The position numbers and the translations under genes were made by a program. From the NCBI GenBank assembly GCA_963804995.1, contig CAWDSK010000006.1, positions 1,152,001-1,216,000 on the forward strand: a stretch of DNA of 64,000 bases, given 5' to 3'. The notes beneath the pieces were generated by a model that saw nothing but the letters and a program-made list of their open reading frames with translations, did not search any database and had not been told where the DNA came from. The stretch is from an uncultured Acidobacteriota bacterium. GTDB lineage: Bacteria; Acidobacteriota; Terriglobia; UBA7540. Of the stretch, positions 27,351-38,997 are shown one piece after another (the first letter of the stretch is position 1; every line of letters starts with the position of its first letter).

Positions 27351-30300
27351 CTAGAACGTGCGCTCCACCGTAAATCCCACCCGTCCCTTGATGTCCCGTA
27401 TCTGGAATTTTCGGAAGTTCTGCAGGGCATCCAGGTATGTGGCAGGGTTCGGGAAGAGGGACTCCGGCGGCAGATTCTGGGGCGGTGTAATCGTGTTCTC
27501 CATCCGCAGCCAATTGTAGCCGTAGTAAATATGAACCGGCATGTTGACCATGGGAAGGATGACCGCTAGATCGAGACCGGTAGAGCTGCGCGGGCGGAAA
27601 CTGGTCAGGCCGATGGGCTTCAATTGTTTAGGAATGGGAAAATATGGAAACTGGCTCGAAATTGAGCTTAGGGCATTCGGCGTAAGTTTGAGTTGGTTCG
27701 GCCACAACACACCCGTAGCTCCAGCATCGAGGAAAGCAGCCAGGGTGACAGGTCCCATGATGGGAACTCGATACTCGAAGTTGGTGACAACTTCGGTATC
27801 ACCGCCCGGGAAGATCGGCGCATTTATGGGGAAGCGGGTGGAGGACCCGCAGGCCCCGGTGGGCCTGCCATTGCTATCGGTCGCGATAATCGGGTTGCCG
27901 GCATTGTCACGGTTGCACACCGACGACATCGTGGGATAAAACGCCACGGGGCTCAAAGTGCGGATGTTAAAGCCGCGGATATCCTGCTCACCTCCGATAT
28001 AGAATCGGGAAAAGGGTGGAATAACCCGGCCACTAAAACCTGTCGTGGAAGACACCAGAAGACGCATGCCGATCGCGGTCGGCTTATCGGAGCGCACGTG
28101 CCGCACAGGATGGAAATACTTGGCCTCAATCACTGGCCGGATTGTATCGACGTTGCCCCCAATGACACTTCCGGAGAAGGAAAGACCCCCATAAAGATAC
28201 TTGCCGCTGGTGGGATTCCAGACACTGTTGACGGTGTTGTAGAGGTAGGTCAGCATGACGGAGCTGGAATTAATCCCCGTCAAGGCGCTAGGGCCTGTCA
28301 AGCCGTTAAAATTGATAGCCTCAAAATAAGCCTGGGAGGCCGCGCTGAAGGCCTGCATGCTGCTATGTGTGTAGCTGTAGGTCAGACCCACGCGCGCAAA
28401 AACACGATGCAACGGGTAGCTGGCAAAAACCGTGAAGCCGTCAGAATTCTGGGTAAAGTTTTGGCCATAGAGTTGGCCGTAGGACGATTGCGCGAGCGCG
28501 TTGGGATTGATCCCCGAGTAAACGGCGAGCTGCCGCAACTGGTTGTAATTGTAGTCGCTCTTGAAAAGCGTAAAGCCCGAGGATATCGGACGGTCAAAGA
28601 GATAAGGCTCCGTGAATCCGAAAGAATACATCTTCTGGAAAGTGCCCCACTGGAACTGCAGGCTGAGCGTTTCGCCGAGGCCCAGGAAGTTGTTGGTGGC
28701 GTAATTGAAACCCACAAAGTTGCCCGCCAGGCCGCTGACGCCACCCGAAAACCCGATGGAGTTTTTTCCCTTCTCCTTGACCTTCACCAGCACGTCGACG
28801 GTGCTGTCTTTAGCGTTCTGCTTGATTTCGTAATCGTCTTTCTTGACCTCGTCGAAAAAGCCCAACTGGTTCACACGCAGCACACTCAAATCCCAATACT
28901 GGGAGCTGAAGACGCTGCCTTCCGAGACGAGCAATTCCCGCCGGATAATCTTGTCGCGCGTTTTAGTGTTTCCCGAGAACTCAATGCGGTGAACCGTGAA
29001 CTGTTTATCTTCCTCAAAATCCAGCGCCAGGTTGATGAGCTTGCGTTTGTTGTCAGGCTCAATATCCGGGGTCGCCGTGAAGTTAATATACCCGTAGTTG
29101 CCGTACAACTTGGTGTAATTTTCCGTGGCCTTACGCACTTTACCGAGCGCGAAGAGATCCCCGGGCTTGATGCCTAAGATGGGAGCCAAATTCTCCGTCT
29201 TGAAAAGCTTGTTGCCGCGTATCACGAACTTCCCCAAACGGTACTGAACCCCTTCCTCAACGGCAATTTTCAGGTCCACACGCTTGCCGCGGCCCCAGCT
29301 CCAGAAGAAGAACGGCCAACGTCGCCCGGTGTCGACCATCTTGGTCTCGGGTTCCTTGGGCAGAGCGTAAAAGTAGCCGTGGTCGCGGTAAAGGTCGCGA
29401 ATGTTTTCGAGGTCGGCGCCAATGCGCTCCTTATCGTAGGTCTTGTGAAACCAGTAGAACCACGGCGGCGCACCCGCGGGGCGCGAATACTTCATGGCGC
29501 GCTCAGTTGGCGGTCTGTATATACCGTGTTGCCTTCAAACCGCACATTTCCGACTTTCACCTTGGGCCCTTCAACCACGATAAAAGTCAGCGCCACGGAA
29601 TTGGGAGGAATGTTCCGGGTACGGTGGCGCACGGTGGCAAACATCTTGCCGTGCGCGGCCAGCAGCCCCTGCAATACCACTTCGGCATGCTTGATCGTCA
29701 CGGGGTCATACTGGGATTGAATGGAGAGCCCAACTTTCTGCTTCTTAAACTCGTCCAGGACGTCGGATTGTTGGACGGTGCTCAGCCCCTTGTAGTCGAT
29801 GCTGCGGACCAGTTTCTTCTCGCGCACGTAAAAAGTAATGATCTTATTGCCGTCGGGGGCGTCTGCGACTTCCAGGCGAATGTCATCGAAGAAGCCGGTG
29901 TTCCACAACGCCATGAAGTCGCGGTCCAGGGCGCTTTCATCATAGATGTCACCCGCGTGGGTGAAGATGCGCGCGCGCAAGGTGGCGGCAGGAATGCGCC
30001 GATTGCCACGAAAGATGGGAGCCCCTTCGATGGTCGGCTTGTGTTCCTCCGCCGGTGGCTGGGCAGGCGCCACGGGAGTTTCCAGCTTCTGGCCACCTGC
30101 GGGTTCGGTCTTGGGGGTTTCCAGTTCCAGTTTCTGGGGCGGCGTCTGAGGCTGACCAGCGGGTTTGGCCGGTGGAGCTTGGGGCGCTTCGGGGGATTCC
30201 AGCTTGAGCTGCCCTGGGGCGGGCGCGGGCTCCTCCGTTTTCTTTTCCGGCGGCTTTTGCGGAGTGGACTCCTTCTTCTCGGGGGGGGATGGAGGATTCG

Positions 30301-30433
30301 TCGTTTTCTGGTCCGCGGGAGGGTTCTGAGCGGCAATCAGAAGAGGCGACAACAAAATCAACGCCAGGGTGAGAAGACTCAGCCTGCACGGCTTCCATCG
30401 AAGTCGAGGCACACGCAAACTCGTATTTTTCAA
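27351..30433 (-). CDS. bamA: Outer-membrane assembly factor BamA, split by an apparent 1-bp deletion near 29503
   Basis: POTRA segments, GNTKTRDKIIRRE, FTEPYLFD, RFYIGGEQDIRGF, terminal F. ORFs 29492..30433 and 27351..29495 abut mid-POTRA. Confidence 0.9.
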
Positions 30434-30618
30434 GAGACCGCGTTCCCCCCCTCAAACCTGCGAAAACCAAGACAATCCGATGCTAAGATTCCGCCAGAAG
30501 TTGGCCGGAATGGTTTTTAAACCAGAAAGCCTTGTTTCGTCTCCCGAAGATTCCGGCTCGCAGGAGTCGAGCCTGTGGATTGTCCGCTTAACGGCCGGGG
30601 TAACCTTGGCGACTCGCC

Positions 30619-33057
30619 CTAGTGGGAGAGCGGTGTGGCACCGACCAGTTTGTCGTTTACTGAACGATAGTAAAGCGCCTCGTTCTCGACGATAACTTCC
30701 AAGACCGCCGGAGGGTGAATCTCACCCTGGATTAACGCCTCCGAGAGCGGATCTTCAACGTACTTCTGTAAAGCACGGCGCAAGGGCCGCGCGCCATAGG
30801 AGCGATCGGCGCAGGTCTTGTCCAGAATCCATCTGCCGGCTTCGGGCGACAGCGTCAGTGAGATGTTTTTCTGCGTAAGGTTCTGGTTCATCTGCCCGAC
30901 CAACAACTCCAGGATCTGGATCAGATCACTCTCCGACAGGGCATTGAAGACGATGGTTTCATCCAGGCGGTTCAAGAACTCAGGATTGAACAGCCGCTTC
31001 ACCTCGCTCATCACCAACTCTTCGGCTTTCTTTTCGCTGGTGCCTTCGACGCCCGACTGAAATCCCATGTGAGACTGACGCTCCAGGTAACGCGCGCCGA
31101 TGTTGGAGGTCATGATGATGATGGCGTTCTTGAAATCCACAGTATTGCCGAGGCCGTCCGTTAGCTGGCCATCCTCAAAAACCTGGAGGAGAATATTAAA
31201 TAGATCCGGGTGAGCTTTTTCAATCTCATCGAGCAGGATCACAGAGTAGGGGGCGCGACGCACCCGCTCGGTTAACTGGCCTCCCTCTTCGTAACCCACG
31301 TAACCCGGGGGCGAACCGATGAGTTTCGAGACCGAGTGCTTTTCCATGAACTCCGACATATCGAAGCGCACCAGGGCGCGCTCCGAGCCGAACAGGAAGG
31401 CGGCCAGCGAGCGGGCCATTTCCGTTTTGCCCACTCCCGTCGGCCCTAGAAACAGGAAAGAACCCACGGGCCGGCCCGGCAATTTCAAGCCCGCACGGGA
31501 GCGGCGAATGGCTCGCGCCAAGGCGGAAATCGCGCGGTCCTGGCTGATGATACGCTTGTGCAGTTCTTCTTCAATGCGCAGAAGCTTGGAGCCTTCTTCT
31601 TCCTTGATGGAGGTGACGGGCACGCCGGTCCAGCGCGCCACTATTTCCTCGATGTCTTCACGGGTTACCACACCCATCGCGGTCTCGTCAATGTTGTACT
31701 TTTCGCGGAGCAGGCGCAGGTTTTCGCGCTCCTTGCGCTCCTCGTCGGAGTAGAAACGCGCTTTTTCGAATTCGTGGTTGGCGATGGCGTTTTCCATGCG
31801 ATGCACCACGAACTTGATGCGTTTCTGCACGTCGATCATTTCCTCGGGCAAGGAACTCTGCCGCAGCTTCACGCGCGCGCCCGCTTCGTCGACCAGGTCA
31901 ACCGCCTTGTCGGGGAGGAAGCGATCCGGGATGTAGCGATTGGAATGGTACACGGCGGCATTCAAGGCCTCGTCAGTATACGTCACCGCATGGAATTTCT
32001 CGTAGCGGTCCTTGATGCCAAAGAGAATCTTGATGCCTTCGCCCTCCGAGGGTGGCGGAACCTTCACGGCCTGGAAGCGCCGCTCCAGCGAGCGATCCTT
32101 CTCGATGGACTTGCGATACTCGGCCGGTGTGGTGGCGCCGATGCACTGGATTTCCCCGCGCGAAAGCGCCGGCTTCAGAATGTTGGCGGCGTCCAGTGAG
32201 CCTTCCGCCGAGCCCGCACCCACCAGGGTGTGCAGCTCATCGATGAAGATGATGGCGTTCTGTGCCTCCATCAACTCCTTCATGATGGTCTTCAGGCGCT
32301 CTTCAAACTGGCCGCGATACTTGGTGCCGGCCACGATGAGCGAAAGATCGAGTGCCAGGATGCGCTTGTCGGCCAGGAAGGAAGGCACGTCACCATCCGC
32401 GATGCGTTGGGCCAGGCCTTCCACGATAGCGGTTTTACCCACGCCGGGTTCGCCGATGAGCACCGGATTGTTCTTGGTGCGCCGGCAAAGGATCTGGACC
32501 ACACGCTCGAGTTCTGCTTCGCGGCCGATCAGCGGGTCAAGCTGGTTTTCCATGGCCGATTGCGTCAGGTCGCGGCTGAACTCGCCCAGCAAGGAAGTCT
32601 CTTTGGGACGGGCGGTGGTCGCCTTTTCGCTCTGCACGCGGCTCAACTCCTCGCGCAACGTGGAGAGGCGCAGACCCCGCTCGTGGAGGATTTCAGCCGC
32701 AAAGGATTTGTCCTCGCGCAGCAGGCCCAGCAGCAGGTGTTCCGTGCCAATGTGCTTGTGGGTAAGTCGCTCGGCCTCCTCGGCAGCATAAGCCAGCACG
32801 CGCTTGCACTCCTGGCTGAGCGGCAGGTCTACCGAAGTCGAGACCTTTTCGCGGATCGGCGTGCGTCCCTCGATCTGCTTGCGAATGGATTCAATGGAAG
32901 CGTGGGAGCGCAGGAAACGGTTGGTGAGGGCCTTGTCTTCACGCAGCAATCCCAAGAGCAGATGCTCGGTTTCAATATAGGGGCTGCCAAACTGGCTGGC
33001 CTCATAGCGAGCGAAGAAGATGACACGCCGAGCTTTTTCGGTGTACCTCTCGAACAT
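30619..33057 (-). CDS. clpC: ATP-dependent Clp protease ATP-binding subunit
   Basis: [11 protein letters not shown]lp-N repeats; Walker A GEPGVGKT and [15 protein letters not shown]. Confidence 0.97.
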   Translation of the reverse strand: MFERYTEKARRVIFFARYEASQFGSPYIETEHLLLGLLREDKALTNRFLRSHASIESIRKQIEGRTPIREKVSTSVDLPLSQECKRVLAYAAEEAERLTHKHIGTEHLLLGLLREDKSFAAEILHERGLRLSTLREELSRVQSEKATTARPKETSLLGEFSRDLTQSAMENQLDPLIGREAELERVVQILCRRTKNNPVLIGEPGVGKTAIVEGLAQRIADGDVPSFLADKRILALDLSLIVAGTKYRGQFEERLKTIMKELMEAQNAIIFIDELHTLVGAGSAEGSLDAANILKPALSRGEIQCIGATTPAEYRKSIEKDRSLERRFQAVKVPPPSEGEGIKILFGIKDRYEKFHAVTYTDEALNAAVYHSNRYIPDRFLPDKAVDLVDEAGARVKLRQSSLPEEMIDVQKRIKFVVHRMENAIANHEFEKARFYSDEERKERENLRLLREKYNIDETAMGVVTREDIEEIVARWTGVPVTSIKEEEGSKLLRIEEELHKRIISQDRAISALARAIRRSRAGLKLPGRPVGSFLFLGPTGVGKTEMARSLAAFLFGSERALVRFDMSEFMEKHSVSKLIGSPPGYVGYEEGGQLTERVRRAPYSVILLDEIEKAHPDLFNILLQVFEDGQLTDGLGNTVDFKNAIIIMTSNIGARYLERQSHMGFQSGVEGTSEKKAEELVMSEVKRLFNPEFLNRLDETIVFNALSESDLIQILELLVGQMNQNLTQKNISLTLSPEAGRWILDKTCADRSYGARPLRRALQKYVEDPLSEALIQGEIHPPAVLEVIVENEALYYRSVNDKLVGATPLSH

Positions 33058-33112
33058 AGCTCCTCAGTCCTTCTGGAACCCCACTCCCTCTCGCTCGCAG
33101 GGAGTGCAGGAG

Positions 33113-33844
33113 TTATGGAACTCTTGGAACTACCGTTTCCGTCAGCTTTCCATCCGCCAAACGCAAGGTCCGATTGGCGCGACGGGCCAATTCCAAATTG
33201 TGCGTAGCCAGCACAGAGGTCAAGTGATGCGAACGGTGCAAACTTTCCAGCAGGTCAATCACTCGCTGCGCCGTACGGTGGTCCAAACTTCCCGTGGGCT
33301 CATCTGCCAGTAACAGGGCTGGCTGATTGGCGAGCGCTCGGGCCAGCGCCACCCGCTGCTGTTCACCACCTGAAAGCTCTCCCACGCGGCGCCCCGCAGC
33401 GTTTTCCAGACCGACTTCGCCGAGCAACTCTTTGGCGCGTCCCCAGGCATCGCGATAAGAAAACCCGCGAATCAACTGCGGAATCACGACGTTCTCAAGC
33501 GCACTAAACTCCGGCAGCAGATAGTGCATCTGCCAGACAAAGCCTATCTTTACATTGCGATAGAACGCTCGGTGGTCTTCCTGAAACTCGCTCAATCGCC
33601 TGCCGTCAAAGTATACCTCACCCTTCGTCGGAGTGTCCAGAGCAGCCAGCAAGTGCAATAGCGTGGTCTTCCCGGAACCCGACTCTCCCACCAGCGCGAT
33701 GAATTCACCCGCCCGGATTTCCAGGTTCAGGTCCTCGAAAACCGCCACTTCTTCGCTGCCTGAACGGAAGCTCTTGGTCAGATTCTCGGCGCGCAAGAGC
33801 GTCTGCGGAACGCCGTCCGTTGTCGGTTGCACAGAGCTAGTCAA
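33113..33844 (-). CDS. lolD: Lipoprotein-releasing ABC transporter ATPase
   Basis: GESGSGKT, LSGGEQQRVA, LLADEPTG; downstream of lolC/E. Confidence 0.9.
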   Translation of the reverse strand: MTSSVQPTTDGVPQTLLRAENLTKSFRSGSEEVAVFEDLNLEIRAGEFIALVGESGSGKTTLLHLLAALDTPTKGEVYFDGRRLSEFQEDHRAFYRNVKIGFVWQMHYLLPEFSALENVVIPQLIRGFSYRDAWGRAKELLGEVGLENAAGRRVGELSGGEQQRVALARALANQPALLLADEPTGSLDHRTAQRVIDLLESLHRSHHLTSVLATHNLELARRANRTLRLADGKLTETVVPRVP

Positions 33845-33872
33845 ATGTCGTCCTTGTCCCGCTAAACGAAGG

Positions 33873-34053
33873 TCGAAAATCGAAATTCGAAACTCGAAAA
33901 TCGCCCAGCATGACGTCGTTTCCCTTAATCACCAGCAGTCCCCAACACGAAATTCGAAACTCGAAATTCGAAACTTGCCCAGCTTGAAGTCGTTTCCCTT
34001 GATTACCCGCAGTCCCAAACACGAAAATCGAAACTCGAAATTCGAAACTCGTC
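33873..34053. repeat. Heptamer (TCGAAAN)n arrays within two ~75-bp tandem units
   Basis: tcgaaaa/tcgaaat/tcgaaac runs separated by repeated ccagc.tga.gtcgtttccctt.at.acc.gcagtccc. Confidence 0.9.
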
Positions 34054-34073
34054 CAGCTTGATGAGCTCTTCCC

Positions 34074-34475
34074 TCATCCGCCCTCGGTCGCCGACTTCAA
34101 CGCCAGCATTGAGCGCAGATATCCGTTCAGCAGTTGCGTTGCACGCTGGGCGATTCGGTCTACCTGGCGTCCCTCCGTAAGCGGGATATAACCCGCGTCG
34201 ACACACGTTGTCAGATGATCCCTCAACTCATAAAGCGACCCTCTGGCCTGCCGGCAAAATTACGCATTCTCTTGATAGCCAAACCGCCCAAACCCTTCAG
34301 CAATATTTGCCGTGACAGAGATTGCAGCCCGCCGAAGCTGGCTGGCCAGTCCAAACTTTTCTGACTCCGGCAGACCCTTGGCCACCTTGTATATCTCCTG
34401 CCTAAGCTCGCGAGCAGCCATCCATACATCCAAGTCTTTGAAATCTCGGACTCGCCCCTTGACCCGCTGGCCCAT
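34074..34475 (-). pseudogene. Four-helix-bundle (23S rRNA IVS protein / Avd-like) gene with an in-frame TAA at 34260-34262
   Basis: FKDLDVW, EKFGLASQLRRAAISVTANIAEG; the frame continues FCRQARGSLYELRDHL...LLNGYLRS after the stop. Confidence 0.9.
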
Positions 34476-34784
34476 CGTCACGGGCGAGTTTCGAGTTTCG
34501 ATTTTCGAGTTTCGCTCTTCAATTCGCGATTTTCGGCTATCCATCGCAGTGATGCCTACCTACCAGACTCCCCCCTTGAACTGCGGACCATCGTCACAGG
34601 CGAGTTTCGATTTTCGATTTTCGAATTTCGATCTTCGATTTTCGATTTTCGATTTTCGAGTTTCGAGTTTCGGCTATCCATTGCCGTAATGCCCATCTAC
34701 CAAACTCAGCCCTTGGACCGCCAGCCCATCGTCACGGGCGAGTTTCGATTTTCGATTTTCGATTTTCGATTTTCGGTTTTCCAT
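34449..34784. repeat. Three tandem ~120-140-bp units, each with an (NTTTCGA)n heptamer run
   Basis: ccatcgtcac.ggcgag at ~34472, ~34588 and ~34726, each followed by heptamers and tttcgg.t.tccat. Confidence 0.9.
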
Positions 34785-34799
34785 TCTCATGGAGTCTAT

Positions 34800-36041
34800 T
34801 CACTCATACCTCAGAATCTCCACCGGATTCAGTCTCGCCGCCGCCAGCGACGGGTACAGTGTGGCCAGGAAGCTGATGGTGAGGGCAGCGAGCGCGATCC
34901 ACAAACCATCCAGGGGCCGGGCATGGAACGGCACCGACGACAGCGAGTAGACATCAGCTTCGAGGGGAATCAACTTGTAGGTATTGCCGAGCCACGACGC
35001 GCCATAGCCCAACAGCAATCCCAGCAGCGTGCCCAGCCCGCCGATGGCCACTCCGTGCAGTGTGAAGACCGCCCACACCTGGCGTTGGCGTGCTCCCATG
35101 GACATCAGCACGGCGATGTCACGATTCTTTTCCATCACCATCATGACCAGGGCGATGAAGATGTTGAGCGCCGCCACCACCACGATGAGACCGATGGTCA
35201 GGACGGTGACCAGCCGCTCCAGCCGCAACGCGCTGAAGAGCGAGTGGTTCTGCTCGATCCAAGTTGTGGTGTCGAAGCCGTGGCCGGCAGTGCGGCGAAT
35301 CTCCTCCGCCACCTGGGGCGCTTGATAAATGTCGTCAATCTTGAACTCGATCACGGAAACAACGTCCGCAAGATCAAACAGACGCTGGGCGGCAAGGAGG
35401 CTGGTGAACGCCCAGGAGGCGTCAATGTCGTAGAACCCCGAATCGAAAACTCCCACAACGCGGAAGTGGCGGAACTTGGGCACCACCCCGGTCGGCGTCA
35501 AGTAGCCTTGGGGGCTGGTCACCAGGACCGAATCGCCCACAAAGACGCCCAGGGATTTGGCCAGTTCCTTGCCGATGATGATGGGGTCAGCGTTAGGAAA
35601 GGTCTCCCCCAGGCCCGCGAGCGAGCCTTCGCGCAGCCGCTTCAGCAAGTCGCCCACTTTCACTTCGCGCGCCGGGTCAACGCCCTTCAGCACGATGCCC
35701 GCAGCGCGCGAGCCGTGGGAGGCCAGGACTTCCCCATAGAGCGAGGGGGCGGTGGCCACCACGTGCGGCACGTGCGCCAGGCGGTCGGCGAGCTGATCGA
35801 AGTTCCTGATGCCGTCGCTCTCGGTGCGCAGCAGGTTGACGTTGGCGGTGGCGCCCAGCAGGCGGCTCTCCAGTTCTTCGCGAAAGCCGTTGTTGATGGC
35901 CAGCGCAATCACCAGCGCCGAGACCCCCGCCATCACCCCAATCACTGAAATCACGGTGATGATCGAGATGGCCGCCTGCCGCCGCTTGGCCTTGAGGTAG
36001 CGCAGCGCCACGAAGAATTCGAAGTTCATACGCGTCAACAT
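34800..36041 (-). CDS. lolC: Lipoprotein-releasing ABC transporter permease LolC/E
   Basis: FEFFVALRYL, NNGFREEL, VMEKNRDIAVLMSMGA, ATLYPS..AARLNPVEILRYE; true start may be 36029. Confidence 0.92.
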   Translation of the reverse strand: MLTRMNFEFFVALRYLKAKRRQAAISIITVISVIGVMAGVSALVIALAINNGFREELESRLLGATANVNLLRTESDGIRNFDQLADRLAHVPHVVATAPSLYGEVLASHGSRAAGIVLKGVDPAREVKVGDLLKRLREGSLAGLGETFPNADPIIIGKELAKSLGVFVGDSVLVTSPQGYLTPTGVVPKFRHFRVVGVFDSGFYDIDASWAFTSLLAAQRLFDLADVVSVIEFKIDDIYQAPQVAEEIRRTAGHGFDTTTWIEQNHSLFSALRLERLVTVLTIGLIVVVAALNIFIALVMMVMEKNRDIAVLMSMGARQRQVWAVFTLHGVAIGGLGTLLGLLLGYGASWLGNTYKLIPLEADVYSLSSVPFHARPLDGLWIALAALTISFLATLYPSLAAARLNPVEILRYE

Positions 36042-37636
36042 TACCCCTGCTTTTCCGGCCGCAGCAGGGGGAACAAAATCACATCGCGGATGGAGCGCGA
36101 GTCAGTCAGCAGCATGGTAAGGCGGTCGATGCCGATGCCTTCCCCACCCGTCGGCGGCATGCCGTAGCTGAGCGCGCGAATGTAATCCTCGTCGATAGCG
36201 TGCGCCGTCAGGTCGCCCTTCTCCCGCAGGAACTGCTGGTAGCCAAAGCGGTCGCGCTGCTCGACAGGGTCGTTGAGCTCGCTGAAGGCGTTGGCGAGTT
36301 CCATGCCGCCCACGTAAAGTTCGAAGCGCTCGACCAGGTTGGGATCTTCGCGCTTCTGCTTGGAAAGGGGCGAAACCTCCAGCGGATAATCGACGATGAA
36401 GGTGGGCTGAATCAGTTGGCGTTCGGCCACGGCTTCAAACAACTCCGCCAGAGCCATGCCCGGCGCTTTCCCTTCGTCCCTTGGAAGGGGTTCAGCGCCA
36501 CTCCCGGGCTGCGCGGCCCACTCGTTATAAGCCGCGACCCAGGCGAAGACCGCCTTGGGCTCCGCCAGATCGTCAACGGTTGGTCCCTTACCGGCCGCGG
36601 CGGGCCAGAACTTGACAACCGCTTCCTTCATCGTGAAGCGATCAAACTTCGCAAACGAGATGCGCTGGCCGCAATAATCGAACTCAACGCTGCCCAGTAC
36701 CGCCTGCGCCACGTGTCGCAGCAGGCGCTCCGTAAGGGCAATCATATCGTGGTAATCCGCGTAGGCCTGGTAAAACTCCAGCATCGTGAATTCAGGATTA
36801 TGCTGTGTGGAGATGCCCTCGTTGCGGAAGTTGCGGTTGATCTCGAAAACCCGGTCGAGGCCGCCCACGATCAGGCGCTTCAGGTAAAGCTCCGGGGCAA
36901 TGCGCAGGTACAGATCCATGTCCAGCGCGTTGTGATGGGTGACGAAGGGACGGGCCATGGCGCCGCCTGCCAAGGGCTGCATCATGGGCGTCTCCACTTC
37001 CAGGTAGCCCTCGGCTTCCAGAAAATCTCTGACGGCCCGCACCAGGCGGCCGCGGCGTTCAAAGGCGATGCGGACTTCCTCATTTGCGATCAAGTCCACG
37101 TAACGCTGGCGGTAGCGGATTTCGACGTCGGTGAGGCCATGCCACTTTTCCGGCAACGGCAGCAACGCCTTGGCCAGGAATTGCAGGCGCTCCGCGTGCA
37201 CGGTAAGCTCCCCCGTCCGGGTGCGGAAGAGATACCCCTCCACGCCGATCAGGTCGCCCAGATCGAGGAGCTTGTAGAGCTCGAAGTCACGTTCCCCGAC
37301 GGCGTCCAGACGCACGTAAATCTGCAGCCGCTTGCCCCCGCCCGCCAGATGCGCAAAACCCGCCTTGCCGTGCGGGCGGATGGTCATCACGCGCCCCGCC
37401 ACGCGGACGGAAATCTTGCGCGCCGCGAGTTCTTCCGCCGAAAGCGCGGAGTTTTCCGCCAGAATCTGCGGGATCGAGTGCGTGATGTCGTACTTGCGCG
37501 GGTAAGCCTCAAACCCCAGATCGACAATCGCCTGGAGCTTCTTCTTGCGTTGCTGGATCAGGTCTTGCGGTTCATTTTCTAACACGCGGATAACCCACAA
37601 CTTGCAGAGAATTTTGGAACACAGGTGAACCGGCAT
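36041..37636 (-). CDS. lysS: Lysyl-tRNA synthetase class II (start may be GTG 37585)
   Basis: LPEKWHGL.D.E.RYRQRY, YLRIAPELYLKRL, FRNEG, GMPPTGG.GIGIDRL. Confidence 0.98.
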   Translation of the reverse strand: MPVHLCSKILCKLWVIRVLENEPQDLIQQRKKKLQAIVDLGFEAYPRKYDITHSIPQILAENSALSAEELAARKISVRVAGRVMTIRPHGKAGFAHLAGGGKRLQIYVRLDAVGERDFELYKLLDLGDLIGVEGYLFRTRTGELTVHAERLQFLAKALLPLPEKWHGLTDVEIRYRQRYVDLIANEEVRIAFERRGRLVRAVRDFLEAEGYLEVETPMMQPLAGGAMARPFVTHHNALDMDLYLRIAPELYLKRLIVGGLDRVFEINRNFRNEGISTQHNPEFTMLEFYQAYADYHDMIALTERLLRHVAQAVLGSVEFDYCGQRISFAKFDRFTMKEAVVKFWPAAAGKGPTVDDLAEPKAVFAWVAAYNEWAAQPGSGAEPLPRDEGKAPGMALAELFEAVAERQLIQPTFIVDYPLEVSPLSKQKREDPNLVERFELYVGGMELANAFSELNDPVEQRDRFGYQQFLREKGDLTAHAIDEDYIRALSYGMPPTGGEGIGIDRLTMLLTDSRSIRDVILFPLLRPEKQG

Positions 37637-37698
37637 TATAGGTGGCGCGCAAAAACAGTGTCAAGAAAGCCGGTGCGGGGGGAGGGGTGCAGTTTGAC

Positions 37699-37771
37699 GT
37701 AGCGGCGGGTTTACCCCGCCATTTTATGCCACGCGATCGCGGGCAGGATGGCGGGGTAAACCCGCCGCTAC
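37699..37771. repeat. Inverted REP doublet identical to the REPs flanking the RAYT gene
   Basis: GTAGCGGCGGGTTTACCCCGCCAT at 37699-37722 and its reverse complement at 37748-37771. Confidence 0.92.
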
Positions 37772-38110
37772 GCCAGCAGACTGATCCGGTTCGGGCGGCG
37801 GCGTGACCGCCTAGCCTTACACAACTTGCTGGCGGCAATGGCGCCGATCGCGCCGCCGGAAGTACACCTTCGCGAAACAATTCAAGGTCCAATTCCCTCC
37901 GACGCGCTGAGGCAAGGTTGCCGCGTCGCATGATTCCACCTGCTTAGGAACAGACCGGGTGTGATCACCAGGCCGCCACCTCGTGCCAGAGAGTAGCGAA
38001 TGTATCCGAGGAGCAATGGCACATAAGTTAGATTACAAATTTTACGCTATGAAAACTCTTTTAATTTACGACTTGAAGTTGAGGCTACAAATCCCTATAG
38101 TTGAGGAGTT

Positions 38111-38842
38111 ATGCAGTGGCTCATGGGTGGCCTACTCTGGGGCGCGGTGGGAGTGGCGCTGCGCCGTGTCCTGCGTATGGACTCCCCGGCGCGTACCCGA
38201 GTGGGCGGATTGGTGCCCCTTAGTGTGGAGTTGCACGCCATTTATCATCCCGTGGCGCAAGAAGTCGAAGCGCATGCGGCCATTCTGGGCATCACCCTGA
38301 ATGACGCCTTTGGCGAGCGCAGAGTGAATCAACCCGAAATGGCCTGGGGCATCGTTCACCTGGCGATGGGTGAGTGGGACCGGCTGACGGGATTGGTAGT
38401 GGGGCTGCAAAATACCCTTGTCAAGTATCTGCCGGCTACCCAAGTAGTGGTTCCGGTCCGCCGGGTTTCCGCCGGCAATTTCAAATCCCAGGCCCTGATT
38501 GATTACGTGGGCCTTTACGAGTTCCTGGATCAAGTTGTGTTCAGCTCCCGGCGACGGTTTTCACTCCAGTTGCGTGTGCTGAATCGCACTTCCATCCTGC
38601 TCAGCAAGGAATTCCGCCGAACCTGCCTGGAAGGCGCGCGCACTCACGACCTCTCCCCTGAGGTGTGGAACCGGTTGGATTTCTATTTCCACGATTTCGA
38701 TTTGATTGCCAAGGAGACACTGCTGGCCTTTCGTTCGTTTCTGGCCTGCCAGTCTCCCGCCGGCCTTCGAGAGTTGTCCCGCGACCTGCAGGCCCTCACC
38801 GAGCGCGGCGTGTGCGTCTCCGTTCCAGTCTTGGATCAGTAA
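38111..38842 (+). CDS. Hypothetical protein with N-terminal membrane anchor
   Basis: GAGGAG RBS, 243 aa, no recognisable motif. Confidence 0.7.
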   Translation: MQWLMGGLLWGAVGVALRRVLRMDSPARTRVGGLVPLSVELHAIYHPVAQEVEAHAAILGITLNDAFGERRVNQPEMAWGIVHLAMGEWDRLTGLVVGLQNTLVKYLPATQVVVPVRRVSAGNFKSQALIDYVGLYEFLDQVVFSSRRRFSLQLRVLNRTSILLSKEFRRTCLEGARTHDLSPEVWNRLDFYFHDFDLIAKETLLAFRSFLACQSPAGLRELSRDLQALTERGVCVSVPVLDQ

Positions 38843-38860
38843 AGGCGCGCAGCGCCGGAA

Positions 38861-38997
38861 TCCGAAAATCGAAACTCGTAACCCGACATTCGAAATCCGC
38901 AATCCGAAATCCCCAGTTCGAAATCTGAAATTCGAAATCCAGAATCCGGAATTCGAAATCCCAAATTCGAAAATCGAAATCCGAAACTCGGAATTCG
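38861..38997. repeat. Degenerate (TCGAAAT/CCGAAAT)n heptamer array
   Basis: About 19 consecutive degenerate 7-mers. Confidence 0.85.

Noticed and set aside
27693..29177. Long antisense ORFs (also 34689..35948, 36200..37582, 41378..42613, 47329..48594, 59445..60725, 61957..63285)
   Set aside because: Shadows of well-supported genes in high-GC DNA, with no recognisable motifs.
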